A stretch of DNA of 60,158 nucleotides, filler included, from Catajapyx aquilonaris (lineage: Eukaryota): assembly GCA_000934665.2 (NCBI GenBank). It is 2 parts of 2 records of this genome, joined end to end, with 100 filler letters (N's around TTAATTAATTAA, not from the genome) between each part and the next. Parts side by side here need not be neighbours in the genome. Positions count along the whole stretch, not along the records: positions 1 to 30,033 come from JYFJ02004698.1; positions 30,134 to 60,158 come from JYFJ02004699.1. The stretch is one strand, 5' to 3'. The notes under the pieces are model-generated. The model ran no database searches, was not told the origin of the DNA, and was given only the letters and a program-made list of their open reading frames with translations. Positions 22,001-33,100 of the stretch are shown here, one piece after another; within the stretch, counting starts at the first letter, position 1; each line of letters opens with the position of its first letter. A program made the position numbers and the translations under genes.

Positions 22001-25000
22001 TCTGGCACTCTCGGTATGACCATGCGGCATGCACCGGTATGATCCGGCACATATCCTGGCTGACACACGCACACCATAGTCCGCACCGGTAGTGAATCAA
22101 GTGCACGACATACCGCACCAGTTGCGCATGGATGCAGCTCCAGACAGGCGTCCTTACATTCTCCGGAGAAGCAGGCCAGAGTTCCAGGGCAATCCGCATC
22201 GGACTTGCATCCAGAGTCGTGCTTCCCTGGTTTTGGTCCAGGGAGGCAACGGATCAGAGCATCGCCTCGTGGGAGCTCATCAGGGCATCGGCAGGACGCT
22301 GAGTGTCGTCTGGCGGTGCACAGCGCATTGTGGGCGCAGGGATGACCTGAGGCCAAGCAGGGGTCAACGCAGCGGTGTCGGACGCATGCGAGGGTGTCCG
22401 CACAGTCGGAGTCCACCAGACACTCCGGCGACTCGCATCGCACTTTGGGGTCGCCGATGCGTCCGGGGAGACAGATGCACGATGCAGCGTGGTTGGACGC
22501 CCTGCACTCAGCTCCTGACCCGCACCGTCCATCAGCAAGCAGACACGGGTCCACGCACTCACCATCTCGACAGGCACGGTCGTTTGGACACTCAGCGTCT
22601 GACGAGCATCCCACTGTTCAGGAGAAAGAAACAAGAGCGTGATTCCTCTTTTAACAAGAGCGTGATTTGAGTATACTTTTAACAAGAGCGTGATTCGAGT
22701 ATACTTTTAACAAGAGCGTGATTCGAGTATACCTTTAACAAGAGCATGATTCGAGTGTACTTTTAACAAGAGCGTGATTCGAGTGTACTTTTTCTCATTA
22801 CCACGGAAAATAATTTTAAAAAATTGGACAACAATGACATGCAATGTTGTCAAGTATCATTTCTAGTTGCCAAGGTAACCAAAGGAAAATAAATTTCTAA
22901 AGCAAGTACACTTGGAGCGTGATTCCAGTAGACTTTTTCTCATTGCCAAGGAAAATATTTATCCAAATTGGGCATTTTAAAACTATTGACCATGGCGGAT
23001 AGCTAGTGAACACGGAAAACCGGATGTTGACCGTCAATCCTTAGGGTCCACTGAATCCAAATCCGAAAACCGTTTGTCGCTACCTCCTGCGGTGTAGACC
23101 CTGATACCTGTCCACGGACAGACAGACAGCTAGTCTATCAGACTTGATTCGATGAGAAAAAGTCTCCAAAAGGCATTGAACACTTACGCTTGTAGCATCC
23201 AATTTCGGGCCGTCCTGAATATCCAGCAGGGCACAGGCAAACGGCTCGCTGACCTATGACCCTACACTCCGCGTTGGGTCCACACGAGCATGGGCTGGAA
23301 CAACGTCCGTTCACACAGGCTCGTTCAGGCGGACATTCAGTGTCCGCAGCACACCCAACGACCAACGGATCGTCCTTCTCTGTAATCGAATCACATTAGA
23401 AAAAACCCTTGCTTCGCTCGTGACATGGGCAACCCTGAGCACACTTGCCTGGTTTGCATTCACGTGTAGCGTCTCCAGTGAAGCCTTGAGGACACCTGCA
23501 AGTCACCTTGTGGCTGGTGGCAAAGCAGAACGCGGACGGTGCGCATGGATGTCCCCTTGTGCATGGGTTCACACATGTATTTTGATCGCAGGCTCTGTTG
23601 TCTGGACAGTCGTCGTCGACGTAACACTCTGGCGTCGGAGGTGGCGGTGGAGTCGGTGGGGCTGTAAATTTAGGTATTGCTTATTAGAAAAAATACATCG
23701 CAACCATCAGATCAAAGGTGGGACAGATGACAAAGGTGGGACAGATAGACAAAGCTACCGCCACCTTGGGGTGCTCGCTATACATACTGTAGACACATCG
23801 AGTGCGTGGATCTCCAGAGTATCCAGTTGGACACCTGCAGCTGGAAGTGTGCGACCTGGACTCGCAGATTGCGTTGTGTCCGCAAGGCTGCACACGACAG
23901 GCGTCTTCACACACTCCTCCGACACACTTGTCCCTTGGAGAGCAGTCCGGGTCTCGCTGGCACTGTGGTCCTGGCAGAACCGGTGAGCGACACTGGCCGT
24001 TCTGGTCAGCGACACTGTCAGCTGGACACTGGCATGAGACTGCCCGCAATGTTGAGGTTCCGAGGGATATCAACAGGCACTCTTGTCCAGGTGGGCATGG
24101 ACCCTGCAGGCAGGGGTCTTGACATCTCTGGTTGATACAAGCTTCGGCTGGAGGACAATCGGAGTCATCGCGACACCCAACAGGAGGATGCCGACCATCG
24201 TCAGGCTCGCAGGCCACATGCGGGTTCCCGACTAATCCAGAGGGACACCTGCACTGCGGTTGGTGGTTGGCTGGATGGCAGATTGCTGCGGATCCACATG
24301 CATCGTGGCTGCATACAGGGCGGCAAACACGGTTGAGACGGTCGCACGCCTCGTGATCTGAGCAGTCGTCGTTGTAGTGGCAAACGACACTGACGCAGGA
24401 GACAAACGGATCTCCTTGCGTGCCTCTGGGACATGCGCAGGTGGCCCGGTGGTCTGAAGCGGTGCACTGGGCACCAACACCGCATCTGGACCGACCGTGG
24501 AGGCAGGGATCGACGCAGCTTCCAGTGACACACGTACGATCCAGTGGACACTCCAGGTCACTCGTGCATCCAGCTGTGACAGAAAGCAATGTTAATCCAC
24601 GCCATCCCCTTTTCAGCCAAGTAGACTTACGTTTGAAGCATCTGGCTTGAGGATTTCCGGCCCATCCCGGTGGACATGAGCAGACAGCACGGTGCGACTC
24701 GGACCTGCAGATTGCTTCTGTCCCACACGGACGTCCTCTCTGGCACGGGTCGACGCAATGCTGCTGGACGCACGCTCTGTTGGTAGCACAGTCTCCGTCG
24801 GTGCGACACTCAGCCTCTGGCTCTCTCACTGAAAACACACGTACATATTATAGATCAAGGCAGATTAGGCTAGGCGTGAATAGGCTCCTCACCCTGGTAG
24901 CAATTGCTGAATGGATCGCCCTGGTAGCCTTGCGGACACTGGCAATGAGCTCGATGCAGGCGTACATCACACAGTGCGTTGGTCGCACATGGGCTGACCA

Positions 25001-28000
25001 CAACGCATGGATCCACGCAGATTCGCTGTCGACAAGCTTGGTGACTCGGACACTGGTCATCCGAGGAGCATCCGGGTCTATCGGTCGGAGCTAGAACAGT
25101 AAACTCGGTTATCTCTGCGCCAACTATGGTTTCAGACTTTTTTTTGTTATGAGTCAGTGTTGCTGTTTCGCATTCAAAACAGTGGGAAGGGGAGGATTAA
25201 ATGGTTAATTCGTTGCAGACCTGAAATGAGACTTAGGCAGGCAAGTGGTTAATAGTTTTATGTACAGTTAGAGTTGTTATGTTGCTTTTCTCACCCGGAT
25301 CACATCGGACATGTGGATCTCCTATGTAGCCAGCGGGACACTGACACACGAGGCTGCGTGCTGGAAGGGTGTTACGCACACGACACAATGCGCCTGTACC
25401 GCATGGAGTCCCACGTGAGCAGGGGTCAACGCAGTGACCTGACAGACAAGCCAGTCCGGACGAGCATTCGCCATCACTGCGACACTCGTAGTCAACTCGC
25501 TCCTCAACTGTAAGCATGAGCATTCCGTAAACACATGAGCATGGTACACTAACAAAGCGACTCACTTTGAACACAGCCACCGTACGCATCGCCTTGGTAT
25601 CCAGGCAAGCAGATACAGCTTGGTCTGTGGTAGTTGACAATGCACTGGGAGTTGTGTCCGCATCTGCAGGGATCCTCGCACCTCTCATTCCTGCAGGACA
25701 GGTGCGCGGGGCACTCGCTGTCCGAGGTACACTGCGGACGTATGCATGCGTCCTGAGGGTTGCCTCTGAAACCGTCTGGACAGTAGCAGTTGGCCCGATG
25801 GAACTGGGCGTGACACAATGCCTGGCTGCCACACTGGCTGAACAAGCAGGGGTCTCTGCAGACCTCGTCCACACACGCTTGGGACGCCAGACACTCGCTG
25901 TCACTTGTGCAGCCGATCTTCCGACAATGGCTCTGCGGATCTCCACTGAGTCCGGGGGGACAGGAGCACGACGCACGGTGCTGCACAACCTGACAAATAG
26001 CTGTGGGTGCGCACACCCCTTGGTACTCATGGCACGGGTTACGGCACTGCTGTCCGATGCAAGCCTTTTCTGCCGGACACTCCTGGTCGGACACACACTC
26101 TGGACGGACAGCTGTAAGAGGACGCATCATTAATTCAATTATTTTAGTTATACCCCCAGAGGCAGTGTCGACTGTAAGAGGACTTACTTGACGGAGGTTC
26201 AATGCGACACTGCAAGAAGGCATCGCCGATGTATCCAGGAGGACAGAGACAATGCGCTTGGTGGCCTATGACCTGGCAGATTGCGTTTATACCGCATGTT
26301 CCGTCGCATGGATCCAGACATTTCCGGCCAAGACATGCCTTGTCTGGGGGACAGTCCGCGTTGATGACGCACTCGGGTCTGCATGACTGGAACGGGTTGC
26401 CAAACAGGCCTGCAGGACAGGAGCAGATGGCAGCCCCGTTGACATCACGACACAACGCACCTTCGCCGCACGGAGAAGGCGCGCATGGATCTCCAGGCGT
26501 CACTTCTGAAATGGACAATCATATGTGATGAGAATGAAACCGCAGCTTGCACCGCATCTTACTGGTATCTTCACGGAAGCAGTTGACAAATGGGTCACCC
26601 GTGTGACCTGGAGGGCAGGTGCACGATGGGGTATGACTTGACACACGACAGACCGCATTGTGGGCACACGCTCCCTGGCATGGGTCCTTGCATTTTTGGG
26701 TTATGCAGGCCAGGTGCTGGGGGCAATCAGGACTGATCAGACATTCAGGTCTGCAGTTGGGTGGGGACCCTACGTGCTCGGGGAGACACGTGCATCGTGG
26801 GGAACCTCCGTTGTTGCGACACACTGCATTCGACCCACATGGTGATGGTACGCAGGGGTCTGTTGGTCCGACTCTATCTGGGGCTTCGGTGGTGCTGGCT
26901 GCATGCAAAGACGTGCGATTAACATGCATACAAGACAGGAAAAGTGCAATTAGACGTACGGATAGGCAGGCAACGAGTGAAGGGATCTCCTGTGTGACCA
27001 GCTGGACAGCTGCACACAGGACTGTGATTAAGCACACGGCATTGTGCTCCGAAACCGCATGTTCCGGGGCAAGGGTCGCGACATTTCCTCTGCAGACAGG
27101 CCTTGTCCAGGGGACACTCCGAGCTGACCACACACTCTGGCCTGCAGCCAGGTGGGCTTCCCTCATATCCAGGGAGGCAGCTGCATATGGCCTGGTCATT
27201 GTGCTGCCGACACTGGGCATTGGGGCCGCATGGTGATGGGACGCATGGGTCACCAAGAGGTGTGCGTTCAGCTGGGGCAGAAATTGAGTGTAATGTGTAA
27301 TGGATGCAAAAATTAATTAAAGGGACACCCCACTCAAAATACAAGTTGGGCTGTAAAAATCGGGGGGGAAATCCTGATTCCGAGGGTGTAAGCAGTTTTC
27401 CTGAGAGACGAACGGTAAGGCCATGGCGAGCCGTCAAAGTTTGTCAATTCGAATCTGGCGCAAAAGAGCTGCCCGCCCCCTCCGCGCGCGCCGCCAACCG
27501 GGACTTGGCAGAAACTGCCATAATTCTCAGCCATCTTTGGTCCACGGCTCAAATTGGCCATGGCCTTACCGTTCGTCTCTCAGGAAAACTGCTTGTACTC
27601 TCGGAATCAGGATTTTTTGCCCGATTTTAGAGCCCAACTTGTATTTTGAGTGGAGTGTCCCTTTAACAAGCGTATGGCTTACTGGTGGAGGGAACCTGTC
27701 GACAATATGAGAATGGATCTCCGGTGTATCCAGGAGGACAGCTGCATGTTGGTATGTGGTTGATGACATCGCACGTGGCCTGAGCTCCACAGATTCCTTC
27801 GCATGGGTCTCGACAGTGGCTGTTGATGCAAGCCTTTGAGGTCTGGCAGTCGGAGTTGAGGACGCACTCTGGCCTGCACCCGACGTAGGGGTTGCCGAAG
27901 TAGTCTGGCAGACAGGCGCAGGAGGCCGCGTCTCCTCTCCTGGTGCAGACCGCGTTGGAGCCGCAGGGGCTGTTCCTGCAGGGGTCCTCCTTGGTCTCCG

Positions 28001-29978
28001 GAGGGGCAGGGTGGCATCCGACGAAGGGGTCTCCGGTGTGGCCCTGGAGGCAGGAGCACACTGGGTTGTGGTTGATGACCCTGCACTGGGCGCTGTACCC
28101 GCAGGCCCCGGCGCAAGGGTCGCCGCACCGCTGCCCGATGCAGGCTTGGTTGCTGGCGCACTCCGAGTTGACCACGCACTCGGGCCTGCAGTGGGGAGGG
28201 CTGCCCAAGTAGCCGGACACGCAGGCGCAGCGGTGGGAACTGGCTCCCACGTGATCGCACAGGGCGTTGGGGCCGCACGGGGACGGGAAGCACGGGTCTC
28301 GAGGTCGCTCGGTTCGGGTGGGCTCGGTCGTGGCTAGTGGGATAAGACAATGCATGCAACGTGCTCAAAAGAGTAAAGGTGAGTGCAAAACCATGCTTAC
28401 GAGGGATTGGTAGGCAACGTGTGAACGGATCTCCGGTGTGATCCACAGGGCAACTGCAAATGGGGTTGTGCTTGATGACCCTACAGAGGGCACCCAACCC
28501 GCACGTTCCAGGGCAAGGGTCACGGCATTTCAGGTTGAGACACGCTTTGTCATAGGGACACTCTGAGTTGACCACACACTCTGGTCTGCACGAAGGAGGG
28601 CTTCCAACGTATGTTGGGAGGCAACTGCAAATGGCCTGATCCCCATTTCGGTTGCATTGGCTGTTGGGTCCACAGGGCGATGGTATGCACGGGTCTCCTT
28701 TACGGTCAGGCTGTGGAGCTACAGGGAGGAAAAGAAAGGTCATGCAAGTGCTCATGCAAAATGTGACATGCAATTGCCTTACTGGTGTGTGGGGCGTGTC
28801 GGCAGTACGAGAATGGATCCCCGGTGAATCCAGGGAGACAACTGCAGGTGGGAACGTGGTTGACCACCTGACAATCCGCATTCTGACCGCACACTCCTGG
28901 GCATGGGTCAACACACTTGTTCTGTGTGCATGCTCTGTTCGGGGCGCAATCTGAGTTCACGGCACACTCAGGACGACATCCCGAGTAAGGGTTTCCGAAG
29001 TGGTCAGGGAAGCAGACGCACGCTGCTGCACCGCCGTGCTCTTTGCACTCAGCGTTTGAACCACATGGTGAAGGTATGCACGCACTGGTGCGATCAATCG
29101 ACGGGGGCGCTATTGGAATTAAATTACAGCATTACACGCAGGAAATAATTTTGTACCAAATACCAGTATTACAATACCATTTCCACTCTCTGACTTCATT
29201 CAGACTTAAGCGATAGTTAGTGTGATTAACATGACATATTGGGGTCTTACTGCTTTGTTGGACGTAGCAATTGAGGAACGGATCTCCTGAATGACCTGGA
29301 GGGCATGTACACGATGGGGTGTGGCTATTCACACGACATAAGGCGTTTGGAGCACACGCTCCCTGGCATGGGTCCCTGCACTTTTGGGTTATGCAGGCCA
29401 GGTGCTGGGGGCAATCCGGGTTGATGGTGCACTCGGGTCTGCAGTTGGGTGGGGACCCCACGTGTTCGGGGAGACACGTACATTGGGGGGACCCTCCGCT
29501 GTTGCGACACACTGCATTCGACCCGCATGGAGACGGAATGCAGGGGTCTTTGGGACCTACACGGTCTGGGGCTTCGGTGGTGCTGGCTGCATGCAAAAAC
29601 GTGCAAAAAGGATTAGCATGCAAATATATACAGGTGGGAAGTATACTGTATTGCAGGACGTACGGATAGGCAAGCAACGACTGAAGGGATCGCCAGTGTG
29701 TCCAGCTGGACAGCTGCAAACGGGACTGTGGTTGATCACTCTACACTGGGCCCCAACCCCACACGTTCCGGGGCAAGGGTCGCGACATTTCTTCTGCAGA
29801 CAGGCCTTGTCCAGCGGACACTCCGAGCTGACCACACACTCTGGCCTGCAGCCAGGTGGGCTTCCCTCATATCCAGGGAGGCAGCTGCATATGGCCTGGT
29901 CATTGTGCTGGCGACACTGGGCATTGGGGCCGCATGGTGAAGGTGAGCAGGGGTCTCCTCGTATGAGAGGTCCTTCAG
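18813..29978 (-). CDS. dpy: dumpy ortholog (EGF/DPY-repeat, ZP-domain transmembrane apical ECM protein), 3' part, 21 exons, truncated at the gap
   Basis: The spliced exons listed below give 8771 nt in one open frame (~2,920 aa): EGF-DPY repeats (CRPECVVNSEC..DPCPGTCG), ZP domain (RTDFPRPNIVVNCLADGV; VIQKHP..NVSMLTTAGTIANTGPPP), furin site RRKR, TM helix, and tail HPPEFPNPLF..EPSPDYLS as in Drosophila Dumpy. Confidence 0.93.
19109..19304 (-). CDS. dpy: dumpy exon with furin cleavage site
   Basis: 196 nt, VNCAGENAYGRRKR..GQLREEIMVQSNAILTIE. Confidence 0.88.
19365..19877 (-). CDS. dpy: dumpy ZP-domain exon 2
   Basis: 513 nt, VIQKHP..AFKFPSSNNIRFQCNIRVCFGKCQP. Confidence 0.92.
19937..20166 (-). 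CDS. dpy: dumpy ZP-domain exon 1
   Basis: 230 nt, RTDFPRPNIVVNCLADGV..YVKGHSKDEQCRR. Confidence 0.9.
20225..20410 (-). CDS. dpy: dumpy last EGF exon, phase 1-1
   Basis: AG/GT bounded, 186 nt, KPECERDTDC..GDPETGC. Confidence 0.87.
20469..22613 (-). CDS. dpy: dumpy large EGF/DPY exon, phase 1-1
   Basis: AG/GT bounded, 2145 nt, continuous Cys-rich EGF-like repeats. Confidence 0.92.
22630..23135 (+). mobile_element. Helentron-associated (HINE/DINE-like) element in a dumpy intron, with a 28-bp tandem array
   Basis: AACAAGAGCGTGATT units at 22630, 22653, 22681, 22709, 22737 and 22765. A ~146-bp higher-order repeat (22769 vs 22915) and a (GACA)n microsatellite at ~23116-23129. The tandem repeat is certain; the element class is inferred. 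Confidence 0.55.
23188..23379 (-). CDS. dpy: dumpy exon, phase 1-1
   Basis: AG/GT bounded, 192 nt, KDDPLVVGCAADTEC... Confidence 0.85.
23449..23661 (-). CDS. dpy: dumpy exon, phase 1-1, followed by a GC-AG intron
   Basis: 213 nt, PPTPPPPPTPECYVDDDC..ECKP; donor CAG|GCAAGT. Confidence 0.8.
23788..24573 (-). CDS. dpy: dumpy exon, phase 1-1
   Basis: AG/GT bounded, 786 nt, includes CHYNDDCSDHEACDRLNRVCRPVC. Confidence 0.87.
24631..24828 (-). CDS. dpy: dumpy exon, phase 1-1
   Basis: AG/GT bounded, 198 nt, REPEAECRTDGDC... Confidence 0.85.
24893..25090 (-). CDS. dpy: dumpy exon, phase 1-1
   Basis: AG/GT bounded, 198 nt, PTDRPGCSSDDQCPSHQAC..GDPFSNCYQ; this frame is absent from the ORF track. 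Confidence 0.85.
25295..25507 (-). CDS. dpy: dumpy exon, phase 1-1
   Basis: AG/GT bounded, 213 nt, EERVDYECRSDGEC... Confidence 0.85.
25566..26111 (-). CDS. dpy: dumpy exon (DPY/EGF), phase 1-1
   Basis: AG/GT bounded, 546 nt. Confidence 0.88.
26188..26505 (-). CDS. dpy: dumpy exon (EGF-DPY), phase 1-1
   Basis: AG/GT bounded, 318 nt. Confidence 0.88.
26563..26898 (-). CDS. dpy: dumpy exon (EGF-DPY), phase 1-1
   Basis: AG/GT bounded, 336 nt; paralogous to 29251-29586. Confidence 0.88.
26960..27271 (-). CDS. dpy: dumpy exon (EGF-DPY), phase 1-1
   Basis: AG/GT bounded, 312 nt; paralogous to 29664-29978. Confidence 0.88.
27321..27662. mobile_element. Kolobok/T2-type MITE (342 bp) in a dumpy intron
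   Basis: TTAA TSD at 27317-27320 and 27663-27666, AGGGACAC...GTGTCCCT termini, and ~107-bp imperfect TIRs. Confidence 0.88.
27683..28333 (-). CDS. dpy: dumpy exon (two EGF-DPY units), phase 1-1
   Basis: AG/GT bounded, 651 nt. Confidence 0.88.
28401..28718 (-). CDS. dpy: dumpy exon (EGF-DPY), phase 1-1
   Basis: AG/GT bounded, 318 nt, PQPDRKGDPCIPSPC... Confidence 0.88.
28783..29109 (-). CDS. dpy: dumpy exon (EGF-DPY), phase 1-1
   Basis: AG/GT bounded, 327 nt, CIPSPCGSNAEC..CRPECAVNSDC. Confidence 0.88.
29251..29586 (-). CDS. dpy: dumpy exon (EGF-DPY), phase 1-1
   Basis: AG/GT bounded, 336 nt, STTEAPDRVGPKDPC... Confidence 0.88.
29664..29978 (-). CDS. dpy: dumpy exon (EGF-DPY), phase 1-1
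   Basis: AG/GT bounded, 315 nt, GDPCSPSPCGPNAQC... Confidence 0.88.
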
Positions 29979-30033
29979 CTACGGAGTGCGGGGTGAGGCC
30001 ATTCAAATGCGGAACATGCGCACTCACGTAATG

Positions 30034-30133
30034 NNNNNNNNNNNNNNNNNNNNNNNNNNNNNNNNNNNNNNNNNNNNTTAATTAATTAANNNNNNNNNNN
30101 NNNNNNNNNNNNNNNNNNNNNNNNNNNNNNNNN
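30034..30133. other. Artificial scaffold gap with six-frame-stop linker
   Basis: N44-TTAATTAATTAA-N44, exactly 100 bp. Confidence 0.95.
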
Positions 30134-33100
30134 TTTGGGTCTGCAACGTGTGCCCTCTTGGGTCGCCTTTACGTGGCCCGTTGGGTCACACACACACCAA
30201 AAAAAAAAAAAAAATCGCCGAAAACAGAAAACGTGTCTGGAAAATATTTTCGCCGCCGGCCCTAAACATTTCGCGGGCATGCTCTGGAGTCTTTTGAGCA
30301 GCGCTGAGTGCGAAAAGATCCGCCAGAGAGTCCCCTGTAAATCCTGCAACGGCACAGCAAACACTGGCGAGATCACAGCATCCCAAAGGAGTATTAGTCT
30401 GAAGCTGGCGCATATTCCCCATGGACTTTGCAGCAGCAACAGGGAAAGAGAAGGAGCACGAGATGTGGGAGGGGGGGGGGGGGGGCTCTAAACCCCCCCC
30501 TTTCCAAACTGGGTCCTGGCCATACATAAGCCTGAGTTGCATGGAAAACGGCGGCTGGGATTCAATGCCTTAGGCCGTCTGCGCAACTCCAACTCTCCGC
30601 CGAAATTTACCTCCATTATCAATTTTGTACCACTCGGACCCACTCCACATAATGCCCTGCCGGCAGAGTGTGCATTAGGAATGAATAGGAACAATAAATA
30701 GTCCTGCTTACGAGGTTGCTGCTACAAAGTGTAGGCACCGGCCGAGTTTTCATTAGTCGCGGTTAACAGGTTCCATACATTCATGAGCAGACGGTGCAAT
30801 TGAGAGGGCCATCCATACAAATCCCCCAGCTCCTTTTTCGACGCCTCTCCCGGAAATGTCATGTACACACGTCGCAGGGGCCGCTCAATTGCAGCTACTT
30901 TCATTACGGGCTCATTACTTTCGAGGGAATATTGTAAACAACCGAGGCTGCGGTGCGTCGCGACTTATGTGTGCAGGGGCGGGCTGCTAACTTCTTTTTT
31001 TGTTCCCCAGCTGCGTTATGGCCATGCCGTCATGCATGGGTAAACCGGTGAACCCTACGGGTTCATTGTAATCGCACAAGACAAAGAGAGAGCCGACTTG
31101 TTATTTGCGGGGCGTGATCGGGGGGGCTCATCGATGCAAACGGGGCTGAAATAATGTACAGCAATATAATCATCGGCAAAATCGCAGCCGTTATGTGACT
31201 TTCTCTCACGTCAGTGTCATGCCTGCAAGTCACGGGTTGCAACCTGCTACGTGATGGAATGGTATTAAACTGCCTGTGGCTACATCCAATATTTAACGTA
31301 TGATTTCTCAATTATCTTCAGTTGTGTTTCACTCCTCCTCCGCTTCCAATATTTCCCAATTCATCGGAGTGAAATTTCTCAGAGGTGTTTTCTCTCTATA
31401 TATATAACTATCCTCTGCGTAAAAAAAAGAAGGTACGAGTAAAGCTTGTAATAACAAAGCCTTTATCAATTTGTGAGTGAACATGACAACTTTAGCATAA
31501 CATGGCCAGTTCAGCTACTTGGTATTTCGCTATACATATTATGAGAAGTTGGCTGCTCCTACGTTTGTTAGCAAAATATCAACAAAATGTATTTCAAACA
31601 AAATAATTACCTCACTTACTCTGCAGTAGTGTTCAAACATGTTGACTGTGTGCTACAGTAATGTTATTGTTAGGAACTATAACCAGGTGTTTCATATTGA
31701 ACTCAAATTTCTTGCCCTTAAACAAACTTTATGAGTTGTGGCACTGTAATAATTTGATTAATTGGCCTATACATGTTGGAGAATTTCAGCGACCTCGAGG
31801 GACTAGTTTCGCGATTATGTGTCGACTGCACATAATTCATTAGGTACAGAGTATTGTTAGTTGCAAAACATTTTAGCTGCTTCAAACACACCGAAAAAAA
31901 CAACAAGGCCTCGGTCTGGTTATTAATATTTCATCTCTCCATTCCATTAGCTTCAAGCTACTGGATAGTGTAGAGCTCCTGCAAGTGGCCTTAATAATAA
32001 TAGAGCAGTAGAGAGACGTACAGTGCACGCGCAGTATAATGACTTCAGGGAACGAACCGCAGAACAAAACTTTCATAATCAACAACTGTGGCAGGACAAA
32101 ATGAAAAATTCTAAACGCACCTCCCAAGTACATTATACACCGTAGGCCCCCAAAGTTACGCACAGAATTAAATTGTTCGGTCTTCAATTTTTTCAGGTCT
32201 CCGGGCATACCTAAGTAGTCAGCATAGGTAATTAATTTTTTCCCCAGCATTTACATTTGGGAAAAATTAAATCATGGGGCGATGGGGAGGTTCTTAATAT
32301 AAATTTCTTTTCCAGTACGTGTCTTTAACCGTTATCCACATAAACACATTCAAGTATGAAACAAATTAATATCATGTTTGTAATTCTTTCTGGTACATTA
32401 ACTGCAACACAATCAATTCGCAAAGAGAATGCCGTAAGATAACAAAAAAGTCTCATAATTCAATACGAAAATAATTCTTACTGAAAGAAGAAAACATGGA
32501 AAAAGAGGAAAGAAAATTTCCAATTACAAACTTTCTTGATCCAAGCAGGTGCTGTCTCTGCATTCGTCCTTTTTCGAACTGGTAGGAAAAATATTTTGCT
32601 TCCCTCTGGCATTATTTCTACCATTTGTTCTTGACATTTCAATACATTTTTGGGGGGGACAGCCTCTTATTCTCTCAGCAACAATACACACAGTATAGTT
32701 GAAATCATACGGAACATTTAATGAGTTCAACATAACCGGTTCTTTTATACCATATCCGACAAAGGCAATTTTTGACTGTCGTTCAAACCATACCAAAATC
32801 TCGGAATCTACTTGGTCATACAGTAGTTGCATATGCTGCAGTCTAGTGAATAACGGCAAAACTACATATCGCGGGCCTAACCAATCGATCAAAAGGCACC
32901 TTTTTTTTTTAAAAAAAAAAAACCTGTTTAGTTTCTCTATGGACATCATGCATATTTGAGGAGCTTTTGACTCTCACATTCGGGGCATATCATTAACAAA
33001 ACATTCGCCAATATTTGATTTCCAAAAATACCCGCGTATCAGAGAGGAGAGAGCAAAATAATAACGGAGGGGGCCTTAATTTTTACACCCCGTTCACAGG

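Noticed and set aside
22630..22792. 28-bp repeat array as a CRISPR-like array
   Set aside because: The units are contiguous with no unique spacers, the context is a eukaryotic intron, and no cas genes are present.
27679..28914. 411-aa ORF and the many antisense/alternative-frame ORFs over 18700-30030
   Set aside because: These are shadows of GC-rich dumpy exons. The 411-aa ORF is in the dumpy frame only across one exon and reads through introns.
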